Assembly: GCA_030684395.1 (NCBI GenBank)
Contig: JAUXTT010000028.1
Location: forward strand, 50,526 to 114,525
DNA: 64,000 nucleotides
DNA from: Bacteroidota bacterium
Lineage (GTDB): Bacteria; Bacteroidota; Bacteroidia; B-17B0; Aurantibacillaceae
Reading direction: 5' to 3'
The position numbers were made by a program, and so were the translations under genes. Position 1 is the stretch's first letter; the number at the start of each line of letters is the position of its first letter. Shown in pieces: positions 10,478 to 20,500 of this stretch. The notes beneath the pieces are model-generated. The model did not search any database. It saw nothing but the letters and a program-made list of their open reading frames with translations, and was not told the DNA's origin.

Positions 10478-10736
10478 GATCACATTTAATTTGTAAAAAT
10501 TGTCAAGATTTTTAACATTCCCTTGATTCCATTCCTTGTATGATTCAAATTTGAATAAGTTAAGTAGAATCCGATTAGTACGAAATTTCTCAATAAGAAA
10601 TTGATATTAAATTCTTCAGTCCATATAAAAGGTCAATATCTTTTAGCAACTGGTTCGACTTTCTGTCTGTGGACTCCACTAACTAAATACATGCTTATTT
10701 CCAACACAAATTAGTGTTCTCAAACGAAGTTTACCG

Positions 10737-10744
10737 TATCTTTG
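10737..10744 (+). promoter_or_regulatory. -7 box TAtcTTTG upstream of mrp
   Basis: TATCTTTG, 19 nt upstream of the ATG at 10763. Confidence 0.4.
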
Positions 10745-10762
10745 CAGGAAATTCACAGCAAA

Positions 10763-11854
10763 ATGAGTATTACCAAAGAGCAGGTTATTGATGCCTTAAA
10801 ATATGTAGATGATCCGGATCTGAAAAAAGACCTTATTACCCTCGGAATGGTTAAGGATGTTGAAGTAAATGGTAAAAATGTTTCTTTTACTGTTGTTTTA
10901 ACAACCCCTGCATGTCCAATGAAGGATATGATCCAAAAAGCGTGCGAAAATGCTATTCTCCACTTTGTAGATAAAGAAGCTGTTGTAAAAGTTAATATGA
11001 CTGCAAATGTAACTACACAACGCACAACTGATACATCCTCTCTTTCTAAAGTAAAAAACATTGTTGCTATTGCTTCCGGAAAAGGTGGGGTTGGAAAAAG
11101 TACAGTAACGGCTAACCTAGCATTAGCACTTGCCAAATTAGGTGCAAAAGTGGGTATTGTTGATGCAGATGTTTACGGCCCTTCTATGCCAATTATGTTT
11201 GATGTAGTTCATGAACGCCCTTTGGTAAAGGAAATTGATGGCAAAAACATGATCATGCCTGTAGAAAGTTACGGTGTAAAACTTTTATCTATAGGTTTTT
11301 TTGCTGATATGAACCAGGCCATAGCCTGGCGTGGGCCCATTGCATCCAGAGCATTACAACAATTATTTAGTGATGCTTACTGGGGCGAGTTGGATTATAT
11401 GTTGATCGATCTTCCTCCCGGTACAGGAGATATTCATATTTCACTTACTACTGCGGTGCCATTAACAGGAGCTTTAATTGTTACTACTCCTCAACAAGTT
11501 GCTATTGCAGATGCCAGAAAAGGTGTTGCTTTTTTTAAAAACCCCAATATCAATGTTCCCGTATTAGGTATTGCAGAAAATATGAGTTGGTTTACCCCTG
11601 CTGAGCTACCGGAAAACAAGTACTACATTTTTGGTGAAGGTGGTGCGCAACAATTATCTGAAGAATTTAATGTTCCTGTGCTAGGTCATATTCCGCTTGT
11701 TCAAAGCATTAGGGAGGCTGCTGATGCTGGACGACCAGCTGTTATGCAGGAAACCACACTTCAAGCAAAAGCATTTATGGAATTGGCAGGTAATTTGGCA
11801 CAGCAAATAGCTATTCAAAATGTAAAATCAAAAGAAGCCGTTGCTTCCAATTAA
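10763..11854 (+). CDS. mrp: Mrp/NBP35 (ApbC) family iron-sulfur cluster carrier ATPase
   Basis: The ORF 10742..11854 starts at TTG; the ATG at 10763 gives MSITKEQV. N-terminal DUF59-like domain, deviant Walker A ASGKGGVGKST. Confidence 0.92.
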   Translation: MSITKEQVIDALKYVDDPDLKKDLITLGMVKDVEVNGKNVSFTVVLTTPACPMKDMIQKACENAILHFVDKEAVVKVNMTANVTTQRTTDTSSLSKVKNIVAIASGKGGVGKSTVTANLALALAKLGAKVGIVDADVYGPSMPIMFDVVHERPLVKEIDGKNMIMPVESYGVKLLSIGFFADMNQAIAWRGPIASRALQQLFSDAYWGELDYMLIDLPPGTGDIHISLTTAVPLTGALIVTTPQQVAIADARKGVAFFKNPNINVPVLGIAENMSWFTPAELPENKYYIFGEGGAQQLSEEFNVPVLGHIPLVQSIREAADAGRPAVMQETTLQAKAFMELAGNLAQQIAIQNVKSKEAVASN

Positions 11855-11897
11855 GCGAAATTTTCCTTACATTTATATCACAATTGAAAAGATAAAG

Positions 11898-12140
11898 ATG
11901 CCGAACACAGAACTAAAAATAAAAGTAGAAGAAGCTTTAAAATCCATACGCCCTTATTTAGAAGCTGATGGGGGGAACGTGGAGCTGATAGAGCTTACAG
12001 ACGATAAAACTGTGAAGGTAGAACTTACCGGTGCCTGTAAAACGTGCAGTATGAGTATGATGACGATGAAAGCAGGTATAGAAGAAACCATTAAACGTTC
12101 GGTTCCTGAGATCAAATCAGTTGTAGCTATTAACAACTAA
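11898..12140 (+). CDS. NifU C-terminal domain protein
   Basis: The ATG at 11898 gives an 80-aa protein with CKTCSMS (CxxC) and a NifU-like fold pattern. The upstream part of ORF 11841 overlaps the mrp end and is unlikely to be coding. Confidence 0.85.
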   Translation: MPNTELKIKVEEALKSIRPYLEADGGNVELIELTDDKTVKVELTGACKTCSMSMMTMKAGIEETIKRSVPEIKSVVAINN

Positions 12141-12145
12141 ATAAT

Positions 12146-12841
12146 ATGCGTTATTACGCAATCATACTTGTTTGCATTTTTTCTGTGGTATTGAAAGCTC
12201 AATCCAATAGGTACAAGGTTTGCATTTTTGACAACCTTTCTAAAAAAAACGCTCACCTGTGGAGTGAAGTAAAAATTGAAAGCAAAGACACTTCATTTAT
12301 TTACAAGTTGGGATCTAAACTAAAAAATGAGATTTGGATTAATAAACAAGGTGAGTACTCATTTGTTTTTATTTCTATTTTTGGTGACAAGGTTCAAAAA
12401 AAGCTGACTGTAACTGCTAAAAAATCTTACAAACTAAAAGTTTCAGAACTGTCCAACTATTACAAAAGACTTCCTTTAGAAAATTACTTAAGTACTAAAT
12501 TACAGGTGAGTGATACCTTATTTATTGTAGAAGCAAAAGCGGGTATTGACGAAAAACCTGAAAAATTAGGAATTATTAAGCTTGAAAATGACCAGTATAA
12601 AGCCTTGCAGTTTGTTGGCACATCAACTGAAGTTTTTCAGGATTTCACTGTTCCAAAATCGGTTTACAACACCGTTATCAATGCTGAAGATCAAATTAAA
12701 AAACCGGGAAAAGAAATCTGCAAACCAACAGTATGTACATTTTCATTAAAAAAACAATACTATACTGCTTTAGATGCAAACTGCGACGATAGAACAATGG
12801 AAACCATAAAAGCACAATTGTTTTTAATTCAAGGCAAATAG
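12146..12841 (+). CDS. hypothetical secreted protein
   Basis: Signal peptide MRYYAIILVCIFSVVLKAQ. No family recognised. Confidence 0.5.
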   Translation: MRYYAIILVCIFSVVLKAQSNRYKVCIFDNLSKKNAHLWSEVKIESKDTSFIYKLGSKLKNEIWINKQGEYSFVFISIFGDKVQKKLTVTAKKSYKLKVSELSNYYKRLPLENYLSTKLQVSDTLFIVEAKAGIDEKPEKLGIIKLENDQYKALQFVGTSTEVFQDFTVPKSVYNTVINAEDQIKKPGKEICKPTVCTFSLKKQYYTALDANCDDRTMETIKAQLFLIQGK

Positions 12842-12843
12842 GA

Positions 12844-13635
12844 TCATTCTTCAAACTTATTTTTCACTACTCCTCCAAACTCTTCGAATAAAAATGGATT
12901 TGAAGCCATTATTTGCCTTCCGAATAAATAATTTTCTCCAAAAGAAAAATCACTTGCTCTTCCTCCGGCTTCTTTCACTATAATGATTCCTGCGGCTACA
13001 TCCCAGGCGTTTAGGTTATATTCATAAAAAGCATCCACTCTACCACAGGCTAAAAAGCACAAGTCGGATGCCGCTGAACCAATGCGACGGATCCCGTGCG
13101 TATTCCGCATAAAATAATCTGCACAATTTAATACTGCCTTCATCTTATCAAATTTATTCACAGGGAAACCCGTAGCTATTAAAGAGTCTTTGAGTGCATT
13201 CACCTTTGTAACTGAAATTTTATTTCCGTTCAGAAATGCCCCTCCTTCTTTATAAGCATAAAAACATTCATCGTTAGCCACTTCATACACCACACCTGCC
13301 AGAATTTCTCCTTTATATTCCAATCCAATACTTACCGCATAACAAGGAATTCCGTGTACAAAATTTGTTGTTCCATCCAAGGGATCAATGATCCAATTGT
13401 ATTCTTTCTTCTCTAAACTCTGATCTTCTTCTGCAATAAAACCGTGCTCAGGAAATACAACACGAAGTTTTCCTACGATCATGTTCTCAGCGGTTTTATC
13501 CACGTAGCTTACCAGATCGTTGGTTGCCTTTGCTTCTACTCTACCCTGGGTAAAAAATTTTCTTTCCTCCCGGATAAATGAGCCTGCTTCTTTGGCAATT
13601 TCAACAATGGCTTCTGTAACATTTTTTAAATTCAT
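12844..13635 (-). CDS. inositol monophosphatase family protein
   Basis: Motifs WIIDPLDGTTNF and the metal-binding EED region. 263 aa. Confidence 0.9.
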   Translation of the reverse strand: MNLKNVTEAIVEIAKEAGSFIREERKFFTQGRVEAKATNDLVSYVDKTAENMIVGKLRVVFPEHGFIAEEDQSLEKKEYNWIIDPLDGTTNFVHGIPCYAVSIGLEYKGEILAGVVYEVANDECFYAYKEGGAFLNGNKISVTKVNALKDSLIATGFPVNKFDKMKAVLNCADYFMRNTHGIRRIGSAASDLCFLACGRVDAFYEYNLNAWDVAAGIIIVKEAGGRASDFSFGENYLFGRQIMASNPFLFEEFGGVVKNKFEE

Positions 13636-13705
13636 AAAGATTGTTTGATTGTATAAATGTAAGAATTAATTACAACTATTGAATAAATGTAACTTTGATT
13701 CGAAC

Positions 13706-13724
13706 AATTAATACCTAAATTCAA
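13706..13724 (+). repeat. 19-bp direct repeat AATTAATACCTAAATTCAA, left copy
   Basis: Exact copy of 14943..14961. The two copies bracket the DUF4143 ATPase gene. Confidence 0.8.
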
Positions 13725-13768
13725 TATTTAAACTTTTGTATTTCGGGTTTAATTTGTATTTTTGTTTT

Positions 13769-14944
13769 ATGATAAATCGTTTAAATGCAGATCGTATTAC
13801 TGTTTTAATGAAACAGTTCCCCTCAGTAGCACTTATTGGTCCACGCCAATGCGGTAAAACCACTATGGCAAAACTATTTAAAAAGAACAATAAAAAAAAC
13901 ACAATCTACTTCGATCTGGAAAGTCCTTTAGACAGGCAAAAATTTTACGATCCTCAACTGCTATTAGAAGAACTTGAAAACGATTGTGTGATTATTGATG
14001 AAGTGCAGCGCATGCCAGAGTTATTTGCTCTTTTACGCTACCTTATTGATCGGAAAAAGAAACCCGGAAGATTTTTACTATTAGGTTCTGCATCTCCGGA
14101 TTTGATCAAAGATGCGAGTGAAACACTTGCCGGAAGAATCTATTATATAGATGTAGCACCCTTTAACTTGACGGAATTACCTCAAAAAAACAATACGCTT
14201 CAAAAACACTGGTATCGTGGAGGGTTTCCAGACTCCTTTTTAGCTAAAAACGATACACTTCAACAAAACTGGATAAATGGTTTTGTCCGCACCTTTATAG
14301 AAAGAGACTTAAATCAACTGTTTGGTGTAAATTTCTCAACTGATTTGATGATGCGTTTGTGGAGAATGCTTGCTCATCATCATGGAGGAATCTGGAATGC
14401 TCACTCCTTTGCCAAAGGGCTCGACGTGAGCCCGGTTACAGTTAACAGATATTTGGATTATCTATCCGGTGCATTTATGGTACGCAAGCTACCTGCCTAT
14501 CATTTCAATAGTAAAAAATCTTTGGTAAAGGCGCCTAAGGTTTATATCCGGGATAGCGGAATAGTTAATTACTTACTTAATATCAACAGGGCAAGCGATC
14601 TTAAATATCACCCTGCTATTGGTAATTTATGGGAAGGTTATGCTATTGAACAGATTCTGGAATTACTTCCTCCTACTATTCAGGCTTACTTTTATCGCAC
14701 ACACGATGGAAGTGAAATGGATCTTGTATTGGTAAAAGGTATTACTCCATTTGTGTGTATAGAGATCAAAAACTCATCTACCCCCACCATATCAAGAGGT
14801 TTAACTGAAAGCTTACTGGAATTAAAAACTAAAAACAATTACATTGTGGTGCCCGGACATGATGTAGATTATCTATTGAAAAAGGAAATAAGAGTAGTCA
14901 GTTTAACTACATTTCTCGGCAAATACATAAAAACCATTAAATAA
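13769..14944 (+). CDS. AAA+ ATPase with C-terminal DUF4143-type domain
   Basis: The ATG at 13769 gives MINRLNADRI. Walker A GPRQCGKTT, Walker B VIIDEVQ, long C-terminal domain typical of DUF4143 proteins. Confidence 0.85.
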   Translation: MINRLNADRITVLMKQFPSVALIGPRQCGKTTMAKLFKKNNKKNTIYFDLESPLDRQKFYDPQLLLEELENDCVIIDEVQRMPELFALLRYLIDRKKKPGRFLLLGSASPDLIKDASETLAGRIYYIDVAPFNLTELPQKNNTLQKHWYRGGFPDSFLAKNDTLQQNWINGFVRTFIERDLNQLFGVNFSTDLMMRLWRMLAHHHGGIWNAHSFAKGLDVSPVTVNRYLDYLSGAFMVRKLPAYHFNSKKSLVKAPKVYIRDSGIVNYLLNINRASDLKYHPAIGNLWEGYAIEQILELLPPTIQAYFYRTHDGSEMDLVLVKGITPFVCIEIKNSSTPTISRGLTESLLELKTKNNYIVVPGHDVDYLLKKEIRVVSLTTFLGKYIKTIK

Positions 14945-14989
14945 TTAATACCTAAATTCAAAAGTTAAAGTTTCGAATTTAGGTATTAA
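14943..14989 (+). repeat. right copy of the 19-bp direct repeat, forming a 15-bp perfect hairpin with an inverted third copy
   Basis: AATTAATACCTAAATTCAA at 14943..14961. TTAATACCTAAATTC (14945..14959) pairs with GAATTTAGGTATTAA (14975..14989). Confidence 0.8.
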
Positions 14990-15020
14990 AAAAGCCCTGT
15001 TATTACTAACCGGGCTTTTT
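14990..15020. terminator. bidirectional terminator between the ATPase gene and the helicase gene
   Basis: AAAAGCCC-loop-GGGCTTTT with A-run and T-run flanks, between convergent genes. Confidence 0.55.
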
Positions 15021-15038
15021 AGGAATTAGATTATAAAA

Positions 15039-16889
15039 TTAATTACTGTATTTTGAACTGGAGCTTCTTTCGGAATACTTAGGTTTGCTAAAGCTGCTAC
15101 CTTCAGAAGATTTTTTTCTCCCTGCGTAACCAGTTCCACTTCCTTCTCTTCCTTTGTAACCACCTTCACTTCTTCCTTTGTAACCGCCGCTTTCTCCACC
15201 TTTGTAGCCACCGCCGTTACCTTTGTAACCGCCGCTGCTTCTTCCGCTTCCGCCGCCGCTAAATCCACCTTTGTAACCTCCGCCTCCACTTCCACCTTCG
15301 CGGCTTCTTTTTTGAGAAACCTCAAAACTAAGTTTACGATCGTTGAAGAAAACCTCTTCGTTGTTTTGTGCTAAGAACTTCTCAGCTAAAACAGTTTCTG
15401 TTTCAAAGAAAGAGAAAGCGTTTTTTACTTCGATATTGAAAAGCATACGAGCTTCAACACTTGCAACTTCCATTAAAAGATCTTTAAGGCTGTTACGGTT
15501 CAATCCGTCCATTTCTCCTAAGTTTAGGAAGAAACGTGTAGTGCGGCTATTACCAGCGTCGCCTTTACTGTCGTTAAGATCAGGGCTGTTTTGGTAATAC
15601 GCTAAGAAACGGTTGAATTCTTCTGCAACAATACGCTTAACCAATTCTTCTTTTGAAAGATCAGCTAACTCAGCCATTGCTTTTGGTAAAAATTCTTCGA
15701 TCTCTGCTTCGTTAACAGAAGCAGTATGCAATTTGGTAACTAAATGAAGGAGTTGTTTTTCACAAACATCTTTTCCGTTAGGCACATCGTGCTTAGTGAA
15801 TTTTTTGTTAATGATGCGCTCGATATCTTTAATTCTTCCTGCATCACGTCCTGTAACGATAGCAATAGAAACACCTTTTTTACCTGCACGACCAGTACGT
15901 CCACTGCGGTGAGTATAATTTTCTGTTTCTTCAGGTAAATTGTAATTGATTACGTGAGTAATATCATTTACATCAATACCACGAGCAGCAACATCAGTAG
16001 CAACAAGCATCTGAAGTGTTCTGCTACGGAAACGTTTCATAACAAAATCACGTTGCGATTGAGAAAGATCACCATGCAATGCATCGGCACTGTATCCGTC
16101 TTTTATCAAATTATCTGCAACCTCTTGAGTCTCTGCTCTGGTACGGCAGAAGATGATTCCGAAAATATCCGGGTTATGATCCACTACACGCTTAAGAGCT
16201 AAATAACGGTTACGAGCTTGTACTACATAATATTTATGTTCAATTGTATCAGCACCTTCATTCTTTTTACCTGCACTCAACTCTAAAGGAGAGTTCATGT
16301 AATTTTTAGAGATCCTTGAAACCTCTTGTGGCATTGTTGCAGAGAACAACCATGTATTTTTTGTTTTTGGAGTTTTATCCAAAATAAAATCAAGATCTTC
16401 TTTGAAACCCATGTTCAACATTTCATCTGCCTCATCTAACACAGCAATTTTCACATTGCTAAGATCGATGGCACGACGCTCGATTAAATCAACCAAACGA
16501 CCCGGAGTTGCAACTACTACGTTAGCACCTGAACGGATGTCTTTGATTTGTTTATCGATACTTGATCCACCATAAACGGCTACTACTTTAAGGCCTTTCA
16601 TGTGTTTTCCGAATTTTTCCAAATCTTTAGAGATCTGAACACCCAATTCGCGGGTTGGTGATAAAACTAAACCTTGAATGGTTTTTTCATCGGAATCTAA
16701 ATTGTGAAGCATTGGTAAACCAAATGCTGCAGTTTTTCCTGTTCCTGTTTGTGCTAAGCCAACAACGTCAATCTGTTGGGTTAATAGCTTTGCCAATGTT
16801 TGTTCCTGAATTGGCGTAGGTGTTTCATAGCCAAGTTCAACAATGGCTTGCAATAGTCTGGAGTCCAGACCGGATTCTTCAAATGTCAT
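15039..16889 (-). CDS. DEAD-box RNA helicase (DeaD/CsdA-like) with Gly/Tyr/Lys-rich tail
   Basis: Motifs AQTGTGKT, DEAD, SAT, HRSGRTGRAG, a DbpA-like region, and a C-terminal tail with repeated GGYKG. Confidence 0.95.
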   Translation of the reverse strand: MTFEESGLDSRLLQAIVELGYETPTPIQEQTLAKLLTQQIDVVGLAQTGTGKTAAFGLPMLHNLDSDEKTIQGLVLSPTRELGVQISKDLEKFGKHMKGLKVVAVYGGSSIDKQIKDIRSGANVVVATPGRLVDLIERRAIDLSNVKIAVLDEADEMLNMGFKEDLDFILDKTPKTKNTWLFSATMPQEVSRISKNYMNSPLELSAGKKNEGADTIEHKYYVVQARNRYLALKRVVDHNPDIFGIIFCRTRAETQEVADNLIKDGYSADALHGDLSQSQRDFVMKRFRSRTLQMLVATDVAARGIDVNDITHVINYNLPEETENYTHRSGRTGRAGKKGVSIAIVTGRDAGRIKDIERIINKKFTKHDVPNGKDVCEKQLLHLVTKLHTASVNEAEIEEFLPKAMAELADLSKEELVKRIVAEEFNRFLAYYQNSPDLNDSKGDAGNSRTTRFFLNLGEMDGLNRNSLKDLLMEVASVEARMLFNIEVKNAFSFFETETVLAEKFLAQNNEEVFFNDRKLSFEVSQKRSREGGSGGGGYKGGFSGGGSGRSSGGYKGNGGGYKGGESGGYKGRSEGGYKGREGSGTGYAGRKKSSEGSSFSKPKYSERSSSSKYSN

Positions 16890-17023
16890 TTAATAAATTT
16901 TTAATTAATAAACTGTTTAAGAGCTTAAACAGTCATTCAGAAATAAAGTAGTCTATTGTGCCAATACGGGCCGACGAGTACTTTGAGAGTTGATGACTAT
17001 ATATTCACTCTTCTAATCGGGTA

Positions 17024-17031
17024 CAAAAGTA
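17024..17031 (-). promoter_or_regulatory. -7 box (TActTTTG on minus strand) for the helicase gene
   Basis: CAAAAGTA on the plus strand is TACTTTTG on the minus strand. This implies a 5' UTR of about 130 nt. Confidence 0.35.
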
Positions 17032-17146
17032 AACTATTTATTCCGAATAATCTAAAAAAGATTACTAAATCGGTTAAATACGATTTTTTAACGATTAGTT
17101 AATAAAAAATTACGATTAGTTATAAGCACAACTAACAAGATTGCTT

Positions 17147-17154
17147 TACTTTTG
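17147..17154 (+). promoter_or_regulatory. -7 box TActTTTG upstream of the small Lys-rich ORF
   Basis: TACTTTTG, 20 nt upstream of the ATG at 17174. Confidence 0.4.
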
Positions 17155-17173
17155 CCAAAAATTTAAATCTTAT

Positions 17174-17401
17174 ATGTACTACTTCGAAAACATCTACCTG
17201 GGAAAAAAGTCCCAAAACAAGCAACTCACTGCGAGTAAAAAGCTTCAAAAGCTCCTAACAGTTAAGGCTCTTAAAAGTTCAATTGATTCAAAAAAACTAA
17301 GCGCAAAGGATTTCAAAAAGCTACAGCCTAAAAAAATGGGAGCTTGTAAAATTGCAGAAATAGACTTTGAAAGTTACATTCGCCCTTACGAAATTATCTA
17401 A
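17174..17401 (+). CDS. hypothetical small Lys-rich protein (75 aa)
   Basis: ATG at 17174 inside the TTG-started ORF 17141..17401. It has its own -7 box and its own terminator. No family recognised. Confidence 0.4.
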   Translation: MYYFENIYLGKKSQNKQLTASKKLQKLLTVKALKSSIDSKKLSAKDFKKLQPKKMGACKIAEIDFESYIRPYEII

Positions 17402-17423
17402 CTGAAAATCAGTTATTTAAATT

Positions 17424-17457
17424 AAAAAGCATAAGTTTTATTACTTATGCTTTTTTT
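17424..17457 (+). terminator. rho-independent terminator
   Basis: GCATAAGT-TTTATT-ACTTATGC followed by TTTTTTT. Confidence 0.7.
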
Positions 17458-17547
17458 GTTTACAGTCGTAAAAAACTTTCTATAATGTAGATAAAACCCG
17501 ATAGAATTAATTAACTTGCAAACTTATTTTAGTTACATCAGAAACTT

Positions 17548-20500
17548 ATGAGTGAACGAATACTACGAGCCCTTATGCAGCTTTTTGCCATTATCGCAAA
17601 AGTTGACGGAGTTACAAATACAGGGCGAAACATTGTACAATCATTTTTAAAGCAACAATTAAATCAGGAATTAGTAGATCGCTATCTTGCTTTATTTGAT
17701 GAATTTCTAGAAAGTCACCATCAGGTTTCCAAAAAGAAAGATGGAACTGCGAAGCGTACATCTGTAAATTCAGTAAAAGTTTTAAAAATATGTACTGAAA
17801 TAAACAAGGAACTGGAGCAAAGTCAAAAAGTGATTGTGCTTATCCGCTTACTTGAATTTATTCATTCTTCTGCTGAAATCTCTGAACAGGAATATGAATT
17901 CGTTTCTACTGTTGCTGATACTTTTAATATTCCATTCGAAGAATTTACTAATCTTAAATCTTTTGTTGAAGACGAAGCTTCCAAATTTCCTGATGCTTCG
18001 CATTTGTTGGTTATAAATTCCAACACTTCTGTTACCAAGGAACATTCGAAACATGTTTTGTGCGATCAGTTTAATCAGGATATTTCAGTTTGGGTAATGA
18101 ACGTTCCAAGTGTTGGAATGTATATTATGAAACTGATTGGAAATCAGGATCTCACGCTTAACGGGCAAGCTATTGCTCCCGAAAAAGTTTACATTTTTAC
18201 TCCGGGTTCTTCATTAAGAAGTACCAAAGTAAAGCCAATTTATTATAGCGATGTAATTTCCAAATTCCTTGCTGATAAAACTCAAGCGAAAATCTCCTTT
18301 GTTGCTAAAGATCTTGAATATAAATTTAAAGGTGGTAACTTAGGATTAAGAAATATCAATATTGCAGAAGAAAGTGGTAAGCTTATCGGAATCATGGGAG
18401 GTTCGGGTGCAGGTAAATCAACTTTACTGAATGTACTGAACGGTCAGGAACAACCAAGTGGTGGTGGAGTTTACATTAATGGTATAAATATTCATACTGA
18501 GAAAAATAAAATTGAGGGTGTGATTGGTATGGTTTCTCAGGATGATCTACTCATCGAGGAACTTACTGTTTATCAAAACTTATTTTATAACGCTAAACTT
18601 TGTTTTGGTAATTTACCTGACGAGACCATTTCAGCAATGGTAATGAAAACCCTTACTGATCTAGGATTAGAGATGCGTAAGGATTTGAAGGTAGGTTCTC
18701 CTTTAGATAAAACAATTTCGGGTGGGCAAAGAAAACGTTTAAATATTGGTTTAGAATTAATTCGTGAACCGGCTGTATTATTTGTGGATGAGCCAACATC
18801 CGGTTTATCATCGCGTGACTCGGAGAACATTATGGACTTACTAAAAGAACTTTCATTGAAAGGAAAATTAGTGTTTGTTGTTATCCATCAGCCTTCATCC
18901 GACATTTTCAAAATGTTTGACAAGCTTAAAATATTGGATGTTGGCGGCTACCCGGTTTATTACGGAAACCCTGTTGATGCTGTTATCTATTTCAAGCGCT
19001 TGGTTAAACATGTTAATTCGGAAGAAAGCGAATGTATCAGTTGTGGTAACGTAAACCCTGAATTGATTTTCAATATTATTGAGACCAAGGTTGTGGACGA
19101 GTATGGTAACCAAACCACTACTCGTAAGTTTACACCTGCTGAGTGGAATGGTCATTACACCGAGTTGATAGAAAGTAAGCTTGAAAAAATCACCGAGCAT
19201 ACTACTAGCCCGGAAAGTACATTAAAAATTCCGAACAGGATAAAACAGTTCCTGATTTTTATGATAAGGGATGTGAAATCCAAACTAACCAACACGCAGT
19301 ACATGGCAATTGGTTTATTGGAAGCTCCGGTGCTGGCATTTGTATTGGCTTATTTGGTTAGATATTTTAATACCGACGATGAGGATAATGTTGGATATGT
19401 ATTTAACCAAAATGAAAACATGCCCGCTTATATGTTTATGAGTGTGGTTGTTGCTTTATTTATTGGTTTAACTGTTTCCGCAGAAGAGATCATAAAAGAC
19501 AGAAAGATCTTAAAACGCGAATCATTTCTTAACTTAAGTCGTTCGAGTTATTTGATCTCTAAGATCGGAATCATGTTTACTTTGTCTGCTATTCAAACAG
19601 TATTGTATATATTGGTGGGTAACTATACAATGGGGATTCAGGGAATGTGGGGCGATTACTGGTTGATATTGTTTACTACATCCTGTTTTGCTAATATGCT
19701 TGGTTTAAATATTTCTGCGAGTTTTAATAGTGCGGTTACTATTTACATTTTAATTCCATTCCTTATCATTCCTCAATTATTGTTAAGTGGTGTTATTGTG
19801 AAGTTCGATAAGTTAAATCCGGTTTTTGCCAAACAAGGAAGTGTTCCTTTTGTTGGTGAGATGATGACCTCACGCTGGGCTTACGAAGCTTTAGCAGTAA
19901 ATCAATTCAAAAATAATAAATCGTTTAAACCATTTTACAAATTCGAAAAAGCTATTTCAGAAGCCAACTACAAACGTAATTATTGGAAAGATGAAATTGA
20001 AAAGAAGTTAACCAAAATTGAAAAGGAAATTGGTGATGGTACCAAAAAGAAAGAGCTGGAAGCGGATGTATTATTGGTTAAAAACGAATTGGAAAAAGAA
20101 GGGAAGCTTCATCCAAAGTTAAAATACCGTGATCTTAGTAAAATAAACAGTGCAATTACCAAAGCCGAGATTAACGGTGTAAAAAACTACCTGAACAGCA
20201 CTTATAAAGATTATTACCTTGCTATGGATAAAAAAGCAAGGAATGCAAAAGATAAATTATCTCTTGAACTGAATTCTACTCCTGAAAAGAAACTTACCTT
20301 CATTAAAATGCAGGAAGAATACCAAAATGAGGCCCTTGAACAAACTTTAAAAAACAAAAATGACCTTGGACCTGCATGTTTGGAAAAAGACGGACAATTG
20401 ATCCAACGTACGGATCCTATTTTCTTAAACCCAACTAACAATTATGGCGGGGCTCATTTTTATGCACCAAAAAAGAAGTTGTTTGGGAAATATTTTGAAA

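Noticed and set aside
15026-15325. 99-aa ORF (EAAKVEVEAEV...) at the 3' end of the helicase gene
   Set aside because: It is an alternative frame of the GGYKG repeat DNA. The helicase frame is continuous from conserved motifs into the tail.
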